NCBI GenBank assembly: GCA_002269645.1
Contig: NIVC01000293.1
Location: 511,307-575,306 of the forward strand
DNA: 64,000 nt
Direction of reading: 5' to 3'
From: Macrostomum lignano
Lineage: Eukaryota
Of the stretch, positions 62,790-64,000 are shown one piece after another (the stretch's first letter is position 1; the number at the start of each line of letters is the position of its first letter). Position numbers and translations under genes: made by a program. The notes below the pieces were generated by a model. It did not search any database. It had not been told where the DNA came from and saw only the letters and a program-made list of their open reading frames with translations.

Positions 62790-63218
62790 GATGACTCATT
62801 CTGTTTGACAGGCAATGACTCATTCTGTCTGACAGGTGATGACTCATTCTGTGTGACAGGTGATGACTCATTCTGTCTGACAGGTATTGACTCATTCTGT
62901 CTGACAGGTGATGACTCATTCTGTCTGACAGGTGATGACTCATTCTGTCTGACAGGTGATGACTAATTCTGTCTGACAGGTGATGACTCATTCTGTCTGA
63001 CAGGTGATGACTCATTCTGTCTGACAGGTGATGACTCATTCTGTCTGACAGGTGATGACTCATTCTGTCTGACAGGTGATGACTCATTCTGTCTGACAGG
63101 TGATGACTCATTCTGTCTGACAGGTGATGACTCATTCTGTCTGACAGGTGATGACTCATTCTGTCTGACAGGTGATGACTCATTCTGTCTGACAGGTATT
63201 GACTCATTCTGTCTGACA
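62790..63218. repeat. 24-bp minisatellite (GACAGGTGATGACTCATTCTGTCT)n
   Basis: Immediately 3' of the MFSD2 stop. Confidence 0.95.
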
Positions 63219-63667
63219 GCAAGCAAACTACAATAGTGAATTGTTACGTGTAAACCACGGTATAGGAAATGTTAATTTACTCTTCCAAATTTTAGCATGT
63301 TTTCACATTGCTGTTAAGTTCATATTATTGAAATTGCACATAAACTGGTGTTATTTAACTATTTTTAGTACAGCTGTCAACAAATATATTACAGGAGGGC
63401 CAAATTTATAAATTTCGTAACGAGTATGCAAAGCTTCTGAGATATGCGGTAAATTATACGGCATTACACTGCACTTGTTACTGCAAGTAGGCTCTGCGTA
63501 GATACTGAATATCAATGCAAATATTGATGGTAATAGGCATTTTTCACGAAAAAAGAGCTGAAATTAACGAAATATAGATATTTTCCTGTTTTTGGCTGTT
63601 TAGCGCTGCTGACACCCTGTGTTTGGGACATCTGACATAATGTTGCTTTAATATATGCATCTCACAC

Positions 63668-64000
63668 GCTGGGTTTGGTGTTCCTGTCACTCTGGGTTTG
63701 GTGTTCCTGTCACTCTGGGTTTGGTGTTCCTGTCACTCTGGGTTTGGTGTTCCTGTCACCCTGGGTTTGGTGTTCCTGTCACCCTGGGTTTGGTGTTCCT
63801 GTCACCCTGTGTTTGGTGTTCCTGTCCACCCTGGGTTTGGTGTTCCTGTCACTCTGGGTTTGGTGTTCCTGTCACTCTGGGTTTGGTGTTCCTGTCACCC
63901 TGGGTTTGGTGTTCCTGTCACCCTGGGTTTGGTGTTCCTGTCACCCTGGGTTTGGTGTTCCTGTCACCCTGGGTTTGGTGTTCCTGTCACTCTGGTTTGG
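63668..64000. repeat. 23-bp minisatellite (CTGGGTTTGGTGTTCCTGTCACT)n, runs off the window
   Basis: Direct tandem repeat. Confidence 0.95.

Overview
Repeat-rich animal genomic DNA with spliceosomal GT-AG introns. The style (GC-rich exons, a satellite in most introns) suggests an invertebrate such as the flatworm Macrostomum; this is an inference, not a demonstrated assignment. About 40% of the window (rough sum, ~25 kb) is micro/minisatellite, which explains most long ORFs in the track. I rebuilt eight genes by hand. Two are intronless DEG/ENaC channel paralogs in tail-to-tail inverted orientation; they share a ~1.15 kb near-identical 3' tract, and one carries a stop plus frameshift. A minus-strand run holds RPE, NUDT8 and JMJD4, followed by the second ENaC. 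A plus-strand run holds TBC1D25, a FAM78 homolog and an MFSD2-like transporter with three -1 frameshifts. Mobile DNA includes a 2.2 kb solo-LTR-like element with a dense promoter antisense inside JMJD4, several tRNA-derived SINEs, small MITE-like elements and a degenerate 28S rRNA fragment. No prokaryotic-type system (CRISPR, defence island, operon of novel enzymes) is supported. The best leads are the partly homogenised ENaC pair, cryptic cassette exons in TBC1D25, an expanded Nudix box, the 28S fragment altered at the R2/I-PpoI site, and the intronic LTR promoter.
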